A stretch of DNA of 64,000 bases, taken from assembly GCF_006345805.1 (NCBI RefSeq), contig NC_042999.1, positions 11,284,001-11,348,000 on the forward strand, given 5' to 3'. The notes under the pieces are model-generated. The model did not search any database. It saw nothing but the letters and a program-made list of their open reading frames with translations, and had not been told where the DNA came from. Source of the stretch: Octopus sinensis. Lineage: Eukaryota. The translations under genes and the position numbers were made by a program. Shown here in pieces: positions 50,870 through 64,000 of the stretch; position 1 is the first letter of the stretch, and each line of letters begins with the position of its first letter.

Positions 50870-50870
<1 letters not shown>

Positions 50871-50914
<44 letters not shown>

Positions 50915-51058
50915 TACATACACATATACACACAACGCACATACATACACATATACACATACATATATATATATATATACACACACATACACACGCACAC
51001 ATATACACACACGCACATACATATATATACACACACACACACTCACGCACTCACATAT
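50871..51058. repeat. Compound (CA)n/(TA)n microsatellite
   Basis: Directly visible. Other (TA)n/(CA)n/(GA)n tracts occur near 14072, 14307, 14440, 28460, 29819, 30128, 36087, 55070, 56473 and 63405. Confidence 0.95.
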
Positions 51059-54000
51059 AAATTTTAAGTGCATGTGTGTAAGTATGCGCGCGCGTACGCA
51101 TAGCTGGCAGAATTTAAACAAAACTGTAAAAAGCTACCAAGTATTTAAAAAAGAAAAGAAAAACTCATTTTCCGTTGTCACAAGATTCGACCTTAACATG
51201 TAAATTTAATTCTTTGCCAAACAATACTTTGTTCTAATTCTCAGTGAAACTTGTTCTAAACTTATATTTATAGGTGTTTCTATCTGTGATATTTTCGGAA
51301 AATAAGAGAAACTCGTCACTTTTCCCATCTTACTTGGGTTTATTTCTCTAGCTTAGAGCAAAAGTTGAAAAAAATGTTTTTTGATGTTGTGTACATAAGT
51401 CAAACCTGATAAAACAGACCAGCGATCAAAGACACGCCAACTGTGACTATCCTGTAAGACTATTCAATGAATAGAGATTTTTTTTCAACCACAGTCATTC
51501 CAAATTAATACAACAAAACAATGAATAACATTGATTAATGAACTTAAAATGTAAAAGAAATAATTCTCGCAAATTAAAGATAGAACCAGGGAGGGGAGTC
51601 ATCGGTGAACAAAATAAATTATATAAATAAAATAACGTCCAGTTTGAAGAATTCGGCGAGTGCGAGAGAAAAATTATTCCAGACACACCCTCCTCTGTTT
51701 CACTATCAACGGATTGCTGGCAATAAAAAGCCTGTACCAGTTCTTTTCGTACGACAGCTAACAAATTCCGACAATGAATAAGAATTGTTTAATGGGTGCT
51801 ATGTTAATACAGTCTTAAAAAGGGGACATGAAAAAATCCCAATCAACGTTTGTCAGTTGACATGCTGGGGGACACCCAGCTCTGCAAATTGTATTTTTCA
51901 CTTGATATATATAAAGTGATTGTGTATGAAAGACACGAAACAGAGTTATTAAAGATAATGAAGACTTGGATTTTATGAACAAGAGATGCAGGAAATTAGG
52001 GGGAGGGGGACAGGGGGCAAACATCAAACGCTTCTACCTAGAAATTGAGACCGGTTCACAGACTTTCGTGAACTTGGCGATGTCACACGCTGCTGTATTA
52101 ATCAAAGATATCGTTTAAAAGACGTCCTTGCGCAGCGCATCTGGGACAAGTTAGTCCTACAACCCCATCATACACAAGGGACTTCGAACTCATTGCAAAC
52201 TAGTTAGTGTGCACCCGCTGCTTATACCCTGAAGACAATGCCATCTTAAGGCAGGTTCTGTGACCAGAAACCCACTAGGAAGTAGGGGTGCGGCAAGGGT
52301 TTGGGCCACCCTGTAAGGTAACGTACCATCATGTACTACAACAAACTCATTCCTTTAAAGTGACCACCCCGAGCGATCCGCGCACGCTTACTACATCACT
52401 GAGCGCTGAAGGGGACAATTTCATCATATTTCAATAGAGTAGGCCTCCATTTCTTCGTTGCAGCCCTTCAACACCTAAAGATGGTCCCCTCCCGAGTGTT
52501 GCAACACAGATAACAACACTGCATCTTATATGTCAACGGGGGCAAACAGAGTTCAACAAATCAGACTTAATGAATATAGAAATGATATCTCTAGAAAATA
52601 TAAGCGAAACAGTTGAAGCGGTGCTCGGGAGAGGAAGAACCGGCTGTCGGACATTGTCCGGCTTGACCAACTGGGACTGTCTCACACATTCTTTTATATG
52701 AACCATTGGACTGCGAATTAAAAACGGGGAACCACCTTCAGTATGGTGGTGTGTTGGAGGGGGGGTAGGAAATCGGGATGGAACCAGTACTTATTTTAGC
52801 CAATCTTAATCGATTGGTTAAGTGACCCCTATCACTCGGCTCCACTACAATTTTAACCGACCGGAAAGGGCTGTCACCCCTACCTACTCTCTACACACAT
52901 ATCATGGGTTTGCTTATAAAAATGGAAGATAAAGAACTCAATACTTAAAACATATATTTCCTGTTAAGTACCTCACACGAAACTCAAGGCCCTCAGGAGG
53001 GTCACCTGCGTTTCTTCAGTCTACACACACACACTAGTGCCAGCCAAAGTGAAAGTGGGCTGCGATACCGGAGGATCACCACCCCCACCCCACCGATTCT
53101 GACAATCACCGAGGAATTTTATTTCTCCTTTTAACACACCGAACTCTGGAATCAACCAGTTTCTCATGAAACATATTTTGGATCGTTTTTAATATTGTTC
53201 TTCTTGTTATTCATAGGTGCCATGAAGACTCTGCTCGAGTTCTTTTGTGTAACTATTAAAATTAAGAAACATTTCGATACTACTCAAACACAGAGGTCCC
53301 TAAAAACTAACCCTACAGGACCTCTATTTAAGTAGGGCCAACATTTTATACGTTTCGCCCTTATCGACCCTTACACACACTATATATATATATATACGAC
53401 GGCCTGGCCTTCCTCGGGGTTATTTTTTCCTTTCTAACATATTAAAATGTTTGTGTTTGTTGTGCTGCAATATTGAACAGAAATGTGTGCACGTGTCCAT
53501 GTCATTGATTTCTTTTGGGGAGAGATTTAATACTTTCACCCTAATTTTTTAATCGAGAAGGAAAATAACCGCTAATACTACAGACCCGATTGAATGAAAA
53601 TCGAAGTTTGCAGTGTCGTCTTAATTCTATTCTCCAATGCAGTTATTCAATTAAAATACAAAGATAAATTGAAATGTCAAAATGCGCAAAGTTTTCTTTT
53701 CATCTTGGATAAAATATTTATAAGTGTTATATTTAGATATTTAAAAAATACTTTTTTATTACATAAGATTTGAAATATAAAAGACCCAACACCAAGCGAG
53801 GAGACAGTTTAAAACTAATTAAAACCAAGTTAATTAACGTATTACAAGACAATTTAAAGAGAGAAATATGTCACTTTTCAAGAAGATAAAGTTTTGTTAT
53901 TTGAAGAATTTGTTAAATATTAAGTTTAATATAATATTTTTTCCTTTTAATGTCTAAAATCAATGATTTAACGTTTACCTATAATTTATGTATTTATTAG

Positions 54001-54524
54001 GGAAAATAAAAAATTGTTTTCTTTTGTAAATCCGTCGATAGATCAGTTATTTAAAAGTTAATTATCTCTAGCTGTGATAAATTCAACAAGTTGCTTAGGA
54101 TGAGAGATACTTTAATCGACAATAATATAGTTTTAACAGAAAGGCTTAGAAGAATTAGATGAAAGTTCTCTGGTATAATTTTTCTTTCGTGTAAATAAAT
54201 GTTTATTTTAATTTTAAAATTTGCCAGCAAAATCTTATAAAATGTCTATTTATATCAATTCGTGGCCGCAAAAAAGAAGAGACGGGTGGAAGGCCTAACG
54301 ATGTCTAATAGCGAAAGTTGGTTTATACTAAAAAAATATATATATATATATAATGTGAAAGAATAGAAAATTTACTTGAGTGTCTAATATTTGGTATGAA
54401 ATAAGAAAAAAGTTATCATTATCTCCGAATTATATAACTAGAAAAACAAAACAAATGTTAACAAATGCATGTTTAGCTTTATAAATACATATGAAATTTA
54501 AAAAATTATTTTAATATTTCTTAC

Positions 54525-54531
54525 CTGACAT
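54525..54531 (-). CDS. Gelsolin-like protein, putative coding exon 1 (ATG TCA G)
   Basis: Minus strand reads ...acttcaacaATGTCAG|gtaaga. The strong donor and phase 1 match exon 2 (G|GA), giving the MSGL- start typical of invertebrate gelsolin-like proteins. It lies in a repeat-poor, CpG-retaining region. Confidence 0.75.
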
Positions 54532-55081
54532 TGTTGAAGTGGAATATTATGTATAATTATAATATATATAAGCAGAATATTATTGAGACGTGGTTTATCA
54601 GTAAAGAAGCTTCACTGCAACCGTCCTGTGTTCCGCAGAAATGGAATGCAAAATTATTGACAGTTTTGAAAGCTTCACAGGAAAGATTTCACTTGTGATT
54701 CTGTCACTAAAATAATCACTTTGACAGAGGACAGAATAGGAAGAAGAAAAAAAGAAGAGAGACAGACTGCTCTTGCTTAGCCTAGTTACACCGCGTTACC
54801 TGACCTCCTATTTCGTATAGACTCGCCCGACACCTTCGGCTTAGCTTTCACTTAAGCGTATATATTTGTATATATGGATGTGTGGTTATATTACATATAT
54901 ATATATATCTACACTCTGAAACTTTTCTCTCTCTCTCTCTCCTCCCCCACTCGGCCACAATTAATATTCTTCTTTTGTTATCGAATTCAAACTCTCAAAC
55001 TAAATTCTCCTCGCCGTTCTCATTATAATAAAATATCTCGCAACAGCAAACAGGTTTTCCAGGTTGACTTTATATATATAT

Positions 55082-55137
<56 letters not shown>

Positions 55138-55450
55138 CACACGCGCGTGCGCACGTACATATAACGTTAATAATGGCCCTATATTATCGTATACTGGTGA
55201 CTGGGGACAGAAACCAACTTTCGAGTTGCTTCATCGAACACAGCCCCCATCGATTTGTCGGGGTGGCAGCAGTGATTCCACACAGAGACATATTGAGTGT
55301 TGTTTACGCAATGCCTGTCCACCACGATATCTCACTGGTGTTCTAAATAAAGGCGGTGCCATGAGGTTAGGATGTCGGACACAAGATTTTCGAGTTTCAG
55401 CACTTCTTTTCGGAGTTTTGAAGTAGCTACTCTGGCCTAAAGGGGAAAGA
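54532..55450 (-). promoter_or_regulatory. Probable 5' UTR / promoter region of the gelsolin-like gene
   Basis: Lies directly upstream of the proposed ATG, lacks the common SINE/LINE copies, retains many CpGs and has a pyrimidine-rich tract on the minus strand near 54725-54770. The TSS is not determinable. Confidence 0.45.
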
Positions 55451-56470
55451 AAAGGGCCACAGAGTTGGGAGCCAAAAGTGAATTTTAAAAAATAATAAAA
55501 TCGAAGGTTTTGGAAAAGAATATTCTTTCAGAAATATAATTCCTGTTGTATGAAAGAGAATCACTAAAAACTGAAAGGGAAAACTACCCCCATTTCTTTC
55601 TCACATGGGGCTTCGAGGGACATTTTCAGATTTCTGCCCTGGATCCAAATCCTACTGGAATCAACTTGGCCCACCGTTTCAATATTTGGGTTGTTTTAAT
55701 ATTTATTTGAAGTATCTTCTATGTGAATGGTATTATAAAGAAGACCAAGTTTTCTTTTAATTCCACTGGTATTCATTAATCAGAGAATATTCTGCAGTTA
55801 CTTTAATTGGCTAAATTCGCGGTCAACAGAATTTGGCTGAAGCCATGCCTGGACCTATTGGGTAATAATGTTAACCCAGTTTATGTTTCGTCTTCTTTGT
55901 TTGACCTTGTTTGTGAAACCCAACACGTAACAGTCTGTGAAATATTGATTAGAAAAACATTCTCATTTGCTGGTCCGTTCGAGATATTTTCTTGTTCAAT
56001 ACAACGCATACACGTTTACTATAGTTTTTTTTCCCCGTCTCGGGCACAAAGACCCTCCATTTTAGAGGTCAAACAGGAAGCGGATCGTTCGCGCATTTCG
56101 TAAGAGCATTATCGATCTGCAAGGGAAGTTTATTGGTCCCAACCGGACAGTTGAAACTGCTATGTTGCAGTATTGGTTAATCAACAGTTTTAGTTCTTGC
56201 TACACACACGAAAACAGAGAGGAAAATCCAGTTTCTTTGATTTCTTCCCTCGCCACCACCACGACCACATTTTTTTCTTTTTTTTTTTTTGGCATCATCT
56301 CCGACGGCTGACCAACATATTTGTTTGGGAGTTTTTCGATGCAATTAAAATATATAATAATTGGGAGACCATTATAGCTTCTCTGAGTAATCAGCAAGCT
56401 ACTGAGAATGGCTGACCAACTTGGCTTTTGTTGAATATATTAACAGCCTTTTTTCTCTTTTCCAGTCGAT

Positions 56471-56507
<37 letters not shown>

Positions 56508-59500
56508 ACTGAGGGTGTCAGGGCGAGAGAAAGGTGAGAGCAAATATCTCTACGTATGCATGTCTCTCCAAACAGCACCCACTCTACAGATGTAGAATTA
56601 ACTTCTAGATTCTTCTCTCACCAGGAATGTCAAAGAATAATAACAACGATCCAATTGTATACTTATTGCGTGCTGCACTGTTTTAATGTATTTCTTTTGC
56701 CTTTTCCTGATTTTATAATTAAGTCGACAAGTAGACATTGACTTCAAATAGGGAGCTAAATTTGTTGTTTGAAAGATGGATCGTCTTGTGGGTTTTGACC
56801 AAGTCAGCTACTAATGCTGGGATTTTAATGTATTGATCAGCAGAGAAGCAATAAGTTCAAGATTTGGTAAGTGATCGACAGAGAGTATCTTGCTGGAATC
56901 AAGAAGCATCCAAAAGAGAAGTGGAAGACTTTCTTGTTTAACAAAGATCTGATGATTTGAGAAAGTTTAATAACAAAAATTTAGAAAGGACTGCAACTCA
57001 TTAAAATCTCTCTCAACTCAAGCAAAGCACTTGAGTTCAGTTTGCTTTAACCTACTCAACCGAGTATGAGTAGCAGTTGAGTGCAGCCCCTTCCACTCAT
57101 TCTCTCTTGAGTTGTCACATCTTAGTACAACTCCTAATTCTGATGGTGTCTGTGTCTGCCCCATGGCTAAGCAGGCAACCAGAACAATTCATGAAAACAT
57201 GGTATATGTAGTAATGCCATTCTTGAGTCTTAGACACTGCCAAAGTCTTTTATTAGTTCCACAATGCTGTATATTTGTGTAGTTAGTATCTAGATCATTC
57301 CAGGGATATGAGACATTTTCACACAGCTGTTTTGGCACCACCTTTCTGGCATTACAGAGTCAATGCTGCCTTATTTAACATCATCCGTTTTCCATGCTGG
57401 CAAGCAAGGATCGGACAGCTTGACCTGGAGCTGCCCACACTTCCATTGTCTGTTATGGCAAGGTTTCTATGGCTGGATGCCTTTCCTAATGCCAACCACT
57501 TTACAGAGTGTAACTGGGTGCCACCCTCATGGATATGTTTACGCAGCACCAACATGAGTGCATCTACACAGAACCAGCACAACTGTGTCTACACGGCACC
57601 ATCACAAGTCCATTTTATGTGGCACCGGCACCAGTCAAGGACAAACCTCTCTAAATATAGAACAGCAATCTTACTTAGCCTGGCGCATCTTCTCCGGTAC
57701 AACAAATTACCACAACTCCTAATCCTTTGCCATTTCCTCAGAGAGGCCCAACATCCAAAGATCCTTCCTCACCACTTCAACTCCTTTCTCATCAGATCTT
57801 TTAATGTTTCACTCTGTCTCTCTCTCTCCTCCCACTCTCTCCCTCTTTCTGTTTATGTGTCTGAGTATATTTCTCTTTTATGCTCACTCTCTCTCTTTCT
57901 GTATATTTCTCTTTATTCATTTGAGAAGAGAGAAAGTTTTTGTGTCAATCATGTTCAATTATTTGGTTTGCAAGATTCTTTATGTGAGTTCGTGTGTTGA
58001 AACATATTTTGTTGTGTCTGGGGAGAGTCATTCTCTTTTAGTGCCTTATAATTTAACACACTCACCAGTAAAATTTCTACTCATTTACTTATTTATTTTT
58101 CTAAAATTTTCTTTGTGTCTGCCACCAAAACAGGCTAAATATCCAGTCAGCCATGCCAAATGATGAGTGCCTGTGCAGCCGTACCCAATTGTCTCATCCC
58201 ACCATTTCAATATATGCATACATAAGTGTTTGCTTATACAAATAACTGTAACATGCATCAGTGTGTGCAATATATAACTGAGAATCAGAGTTACCCAAAC
58301 CAGATGCGATTTGGTCGAACGATTCCTGAAGCTGGTTCCTAACATTTGATGTTGACATTCTTCTTTCCATAACAAAATATCTGGTTATCATACAAGTTTG
58401 TGTCCATTGTATTTAGACTGGAAAAGACTCGTCAAGTTAGCTTTATTTTACAAATATAACTCACATTTTATGCAAACCAGATGTACAGTCATGTCTCTGA
58501 ATTAGAATTAGTTCATGGTTTGCTTTCCATTCCTGTTTCGAGCCATGCCATTTCACTTAATGATATTAATCATCATTATTATCACCATTTTAACATCCAC
58601 CTTTCCATGCTGGCATGGGTCAGGGGGAATGTTAATAAGGCAGATGGATGGAGGCCCTTCCTGTCAGTACCCTTTACTTCTTTCTGAGCAAGGTGATATT
58701 TCTCTTGGGCTGGACATATTTTTTACAGCAGATAAGAAATGAAGGACACTGCTTGTATGATGGTGACACTCATTTACGACTATCACATGATGTCAAGACA
58801 CACACACACATTTATATTATCGTTTTGCATTTACTTGTTTCAATCATTGGGATCTGGCCATGCTGGAGCATCTCCTTGAAGAGTTCAGTCAAACAAATCA
58901 CTCCCAATATTTATTTTTTAAGTTTGGCACTTACTCTGTTGGTCTCTTTTGCTGAACTGTTAAGTTATGGAGATGTAAACAAACCAACACTGGTTGTCAA
59001 GAAGTGAGGACAACAAATACAAACACATACAATGGTCTTTTACATAATTCCCATCTACCAAATCCACTCACAAGGCTTTGCTTGGCCCAGGGTTGTAGTA
59101 GAATGGGATCAAAAAGCACATCACATAAAACCTGTAAATATTGACTTGAAAAATCCTTTTGGAAAGGACAAAAAATCAAAAGCTGCCCCTAGGACAGGCA
59201 GCTTTCCAAAAGGGATTCCCAACCCAACATTAACATACTATTACTTACAGCTTTGGGTGATGTGCTTTGAGAGCCAGTATTCCAAAAAAAGAATTATTTC
59301 AAGTTCTCTCAAAGTCATCATCGTTTAATGTCTGCTTTCCATGCTAGCATGGGTTGGACGATTTGACTGAGGACTGGCAAACCAGAAGGCTGCACCAGGC
59401 TCCAATCTGATCTGGCAGAGTTTCTACAGCTGGATGCCCTTCCTAACGCCAACCACTCCAAGAGTGTAGTGGGTGCTTTTAAAGTGCCACCGGCACGAGG

Positions 59501-59854
59501 GCCAGTCTGGCGGTACTGGCAACAGCCATGCTCAAAAATGGTATTTTTTACGTGCCGACATCCATAATATAATAGAAGACATTTGTGCAAGTTGTTACTC
59601 AGTGGACCTGATCCTGACACCATGTGAATGGCAAACTTCTTAATCATACATGCATGCCTGCACCTTAAGAATAACAACAACAAGAATCAAACTTAACAGT
59701 TCCCTTATTGAAACTGGTGTGACTATGAGAGTTGTATTAATTCAGAAATCTCTTTTGGGAAGGATTGTAAGAAAGGAGCTCGATATCTAAGGAAACTGGT
59801 TGTGACCCGCAATCAAGGACATTCATTCTGAATGTAAAGCATTTGTTCACACCA

Positions 59855-59893
<39 letters not shown>

Positions 59894-59895
<2 letters not shown>

Positions 59896-60343
59896 CGATA
59901 CACACAGATAGATAAATTAAGGCCAACAGACCAGATATAGTTGTCAGAGATCATGAAGAAAAAAAATGCTTTCTAATTGATGTATCAATACCGGCAGATG
60001 ACAACGTGTCTCTAAAAGAAATGGAGAAACTCTCAAAATACAAAGACCTGGAAATAGAGGTAACTAGAATGTGGAATCTGAAAACAGAAACAATTCTTAT
60101 CATAGTAGGCACATTAGGTATGATAAAAAAATATTCAGACAAATACATAACAAAAACACCAGGACTTACAAACACATATAACATACAGAAAATTGCACTA
60201 CTAGGCACTGCATACATCCTACGCAGAACACTTTCCATACAATAACCATCAGAGCATCACAACGAATCACAGCACATACCCAAGGCACACAGAGCTGCGC
60301 TCGGTAGTGAAGTGAAAGCACGATATAAAAATAAAACTACTGA
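59894..60343 (+). mobile_element. 3' fragment of an R4/Dong-like non-LTR retrotransposon (restriction-like endonuclease) inside (AAT)n
   Basis: NRPDIVV...FLIDVSIP...KEMEKLSKYKDL...QKIALLGTAYILRR is a PD-(D/E)XK RLE domain. Flanked on both sides by AAT repeats. Confidence 0.85.
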
Positions 60344-60722
60344 ATGATAATAATAATAATAACAATGGTGATGATCTCCTTTATTTACCACAGGGGTATT
60401 TGATGAGGGGCTCATAACAAGGATGATTTACAATTTGTGGAGGTTTACATAAAAGCTGAATAGAAGGGACAGGAGATAAAAAGTATACACAATATAGAAA
60501 CTATGTGACTACATGGATGATGCAGTCCTCCTGATACAGGAGAGCTTCCAATTAAGGCCAATCAAAGAACCCCACAGATCCAGGATTGCCCTGACCACCA
60601 AGGGCACAAGTGCATACCTAACTGTTGTTCTCTAATCAACAGGATCATGCTTAGACTTGTTGTGTTCACCCTGACTGTTTTCTGTCAGATTTGCTGGAAG
60701 AGAGAGCACTGCCCCCTCAACC

Positions 60723-62423
60723 CAGGTGTTTCCTACCTACTTCCCTCTCTCCCACTTCCCCCATTTACTCATACAAACCCCACCTACTACTACTCCTCCT
60801 ACCTGAACTGCCACCTGGATACCTCATCACCACTGTCGATCGTTTTGCAGATCCCACCAATTCATTCTCTCTCTCACTTAAATGTGAGTAGCCATGCAGC
60901 TCCTCCGCAACAAGGCCCTGCTCTACTCCAGCCTCTTCCCACATACCCTAACCCCCTCCCCTCTCTAACATACAGAGGCAACATCCTCCATCTAGGAGGA
61001 TGATGTTGACTTGCAAGCCACACTGTGACCTCAATAGAGTTGGTGGCGCAAAAAAATGTACCCAATCTACATTGGGATGTGGTTGGAAGCTCTACTGTTT
61101 ACATTAGAAAGGGCATCCAGCCATAGAAATCATTCCAAAAGCAAACACTGGAGGACAATGCAGTCCTTCAGCTCAAACCATCCAACCCGTAGCAGAATGA
61201 AACCTGGACATTGAAATGATGATAAAATATTTGACGTACACCACTCACACACACAAGTGCAGTTTACACTATCACCTCTATTCATTCTCAGCAAAATGTT
61301 TAAACAGGTAATAGTGTAAATCGTATAGGGTCCATCCATTAGCTGCTATATGTGAAATGTCAGGTTGGTTACTCTCAGTTCTTGAATGACGGAGCTCTGA
61401 CACTCTCTTATTGTTTTGAGTGTAAGTCAACACACAGTGTTCACATTTTTTTAATCCTTCCTCATTAGAAAACGGGCCTCCCCACCACCTGCAAAATAAA
61501 CAACTTTATTTGGTGACAGTTTTGCTTCTTTCTGCTTAAATGACACAAAATTATCGTTTAACGTCTGCTTTCTATGCTGGCATGGGTTGGATGGTTTGAC
61601 TGGTGACTAGCAAGCTAGGAGGCTGCACCAGGCTCCAGTCTGATCTGGCAAGGTTTCTTACAGTTGGATGCCCTTCCTAATGCTAACCACTCTGAGTGTA
61701 GTAGGTGCATTTTACATGCCACCAGCACAGGAACCAGTCAGGCGGCACTGGCATCGGCAATGATTGGATAGTGCTTTTTATGGGTCACCGGCACAGGATC
61801 CAGTTGGGGCAGGGGGGGCTGGCATCGACCACGTCTGGATGGTGCTTTTTACATGCTACTGGCACAGGAGCTAGTTGGGGTGGTGGGGCTGGCATTGACC
61901 ATGTCTAGATGGTGCTATTTATGTGCCACCAGCACAGGAGCCAGTCAGGCGGCATTGGCATCGACTACAACTACAATTTCCATTTTGATTGAAATTCTGA
62001 TTGTGATTTTGAGGAAGAATAAAAAAAAAGTGGTGAACTGTTCGACTCGTTTGCACGATTGGTGAAATGTTTAGTGGAATTTCTTCTGGCTTTTTATGTT
62101 CATCATCGTCGTTTAATGTCTGCTTTCCATGCTGGCATGGGTTGGACGGTTTGACTGAGGACTGGTAAGCCAGGAGGCTGCACCAGGCTCCAATCTGATC
62201 TGGCAAAGTTTCAACAGTTGGATGCCCTTCCTAATGCCAACCACTCCAGAATGAATTGGTGGAATCTGCAAAAAGATAGACAGTGGTGATGTGGTATCCA
62301 GGTGGCAGCTCAGGTAAGAGGAGGAGTAGTAGTAGTTGTAGTAGTAGTAGTAGTAGTAATAGGTGGGATTTGTATGAGTAAATGGGGGAAGTGGGAGAGA
62401 GGGAAGTAGGTAGGAAACACCTG
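60723..62423. repeat. Inverted pair of about 145-bp arms (60723-60868 / 62248-62423)
   Basis: Both arms give the same GVSYLLPSLPLPPFTHTNPTYYY translation on opposite strands in the ORF track; the right arm has an expanded (TAG)n. Confidence 0.9.
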
Positions 62424-62689
62424 TAAAGATTGGGAAGAGTTGAGGGGAAGTACTGTATGAGAGAGAGATGCTAGCAGTAAGGGAGTAGTTATGACAGTGG
62501 GAGGAGAGAGATGATGTTTGGGTAGACTGAAGGAGCACAGCAGAGAGAGAGGGGGGGCAGGTGTAGAACATGAAGAGAGACAGTTTAGTGATCCAGGGAA
62601 GCAGAATCCAATTAAGACAGCTATTTATGCATCCTGGCTTAGTTTGGTTTCATGCTCTTGTTTGATGGGGTTAGGGTCATTCTAAGTTA

Positions 62690-63137
62690 GACATCCCAGG
62701 TGTGCCATCATGCATAAAGCTGACAGGTGGCACCTGTCAGCTTTCCATTGCCAGTGATCCCATGCCAGCCTCTCTGCATCTTCCAAGGTGACACTGAGCC
62801 TCTGTAGATCTTCCCCAATCACATCCATCCATTTGGTGCAATGCCTGCAGCTGATGCATCAAGCGAGAGTAAAGCCCTGGTAGGATGATCCAGCAAGGGA
62901 TGGACGACATGCAACAGATAGCCATGGGGCAGGAGGCTGTGCAGCTGATACATGCATGCACACAGTTCTTTGTTGGAAACATGATGGTACCATCCGATGT
63001 TCTCGATGGTTCCTCAGGGCTCTGCTATCAAAGCTGTCAATCCTTTTTGCCAGGGTCTTCAAGAGGGGCCATGTTCCTGTTCCATAGAGGAGGAGAATGG
63101 AAAGAACTGATGCATTGAGGATGCGGATCTTCATCAT
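62690..63137 (-). mobile_element. Fragment of a second RTE-like LINE family (post-RT region)
   Basis: KIRILNASVLSILLLYGTGTWPL...IDSFDSRALR resembles the LYGxETW post-RT motif. Confidence 0.65.
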
Positions 63138-63402
63138 CCAGGGGACACGTTAGCAGTCATACAAATGTTCAATTGCTATTTTACTTAAGATATTTAAGGA
63201 GATGCGTCTGCCTGATGGGACCTCATTATATTTAAAACAATATTTTATTATTCTTGAAAAACCTGTTTTTATTAATGGTGCAGAAACAGCTGTAATTTAC
63301 TAAATGAGTCATTTGTTTGTATAAAATAATGAAATTGAATTGAATTTATCATGTAATGATTAAATTATTTAATTATTCAATTTATTATTTTCGTTTCCAT
63401 TT

Positions 63403-63469
<67 letters not shown>

Positions 63470-63472
<3 letters not shown>

Positions 63473-64000
63473 GGTGAGAGCTGTACAAGCCATGTACAGG
63501 GACACTACCAGTAAGGTGAGAGTTGGCAATGAATACAGTTAAGAATTCAGTGTACAAGTAGGGGTTCACCAAGGATCAGTCCTCAGCCCCCTCCTGTTCA
63601 TCATAATCCTCCAGGCAATAACAGAGGAATTTAAGACAGGTTACCCCTGGGAGCTCTTCTATGCTGATGACCTTGTTCTTATAGCTGAATCACTACCAGA
63701 ACTAGAGAAGAAGTTCCAGGTATGGAAACAAGGTCTAGAATCAAAGGGACTTAGAGTTAACCTAGCAAAAACGAAAGTCATGGTAAGTAGGAAGACAGAC
63801 AAATCACAAATCCCTTCAGGTAGACAGTCCTGCTTGATTTGTAGAAAAGGTGTAGGTAGAAACTCCGTAAGATGTACCCAGTGTTAACTATGGACACATG
63901 AGAGGTGCAGCAATATCAGAGGAAGGTTAAAGGGGAAAATAGCTTTTGTATGTGGAAGATGCACAGGTACAATAAATGCTGAAAATGTGCAGAAAATAGA
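63470..64000 (+). mobile_element. RTE LINE RT fragment, running off the right edge
   Basis: GVHQGSVLSPLLFII, LFYADD and the Cys-rich insert; homologous to about 6543-7075. Confidence 0.9.

Noticed and set aside
57308-58000. 230-aa ORF
   Set aside because: Runs through an antisense RTE 3' fragment and CT-rich sequence; no recognisable domain.

Overview
AT-rich, repeat-dense eukaryotic DNA; the SINE/LINE families and microsatellites suggest an octopus (coleoid cephalopod) genome, which is an inference. The only host gene I can support is the 5' part of a minus-strand gelsolin/severin-family gene. It has six coding exons read by hand: 54531-54525, 13324-13244, 11825-11752, 8861-8787, 4064-3999 and 1160-1033. 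All have GT-AG junctions in matching phases and give [143 protein letters not shown]; the gene continues off the left edge. The introns and upstream flank contain decayed RTE-clade LINEs with a PHD-type finger inside the RT, about 25 RTE 3'-end fragments, tRNA-derived SINEs, a deleted mariner, TTAA MITEs, an R4/Dong-like fragment, minisatellites and many inverted repeats. The most notable signal is a set of minimal type I hammerhead-ribozyme motifs. Two have an intact catalytic core and lie on the gelsolin sense strand (2611-2661 and 23659-23703). Almost all ORFs in the supplied track are spurious or repeat-derived.
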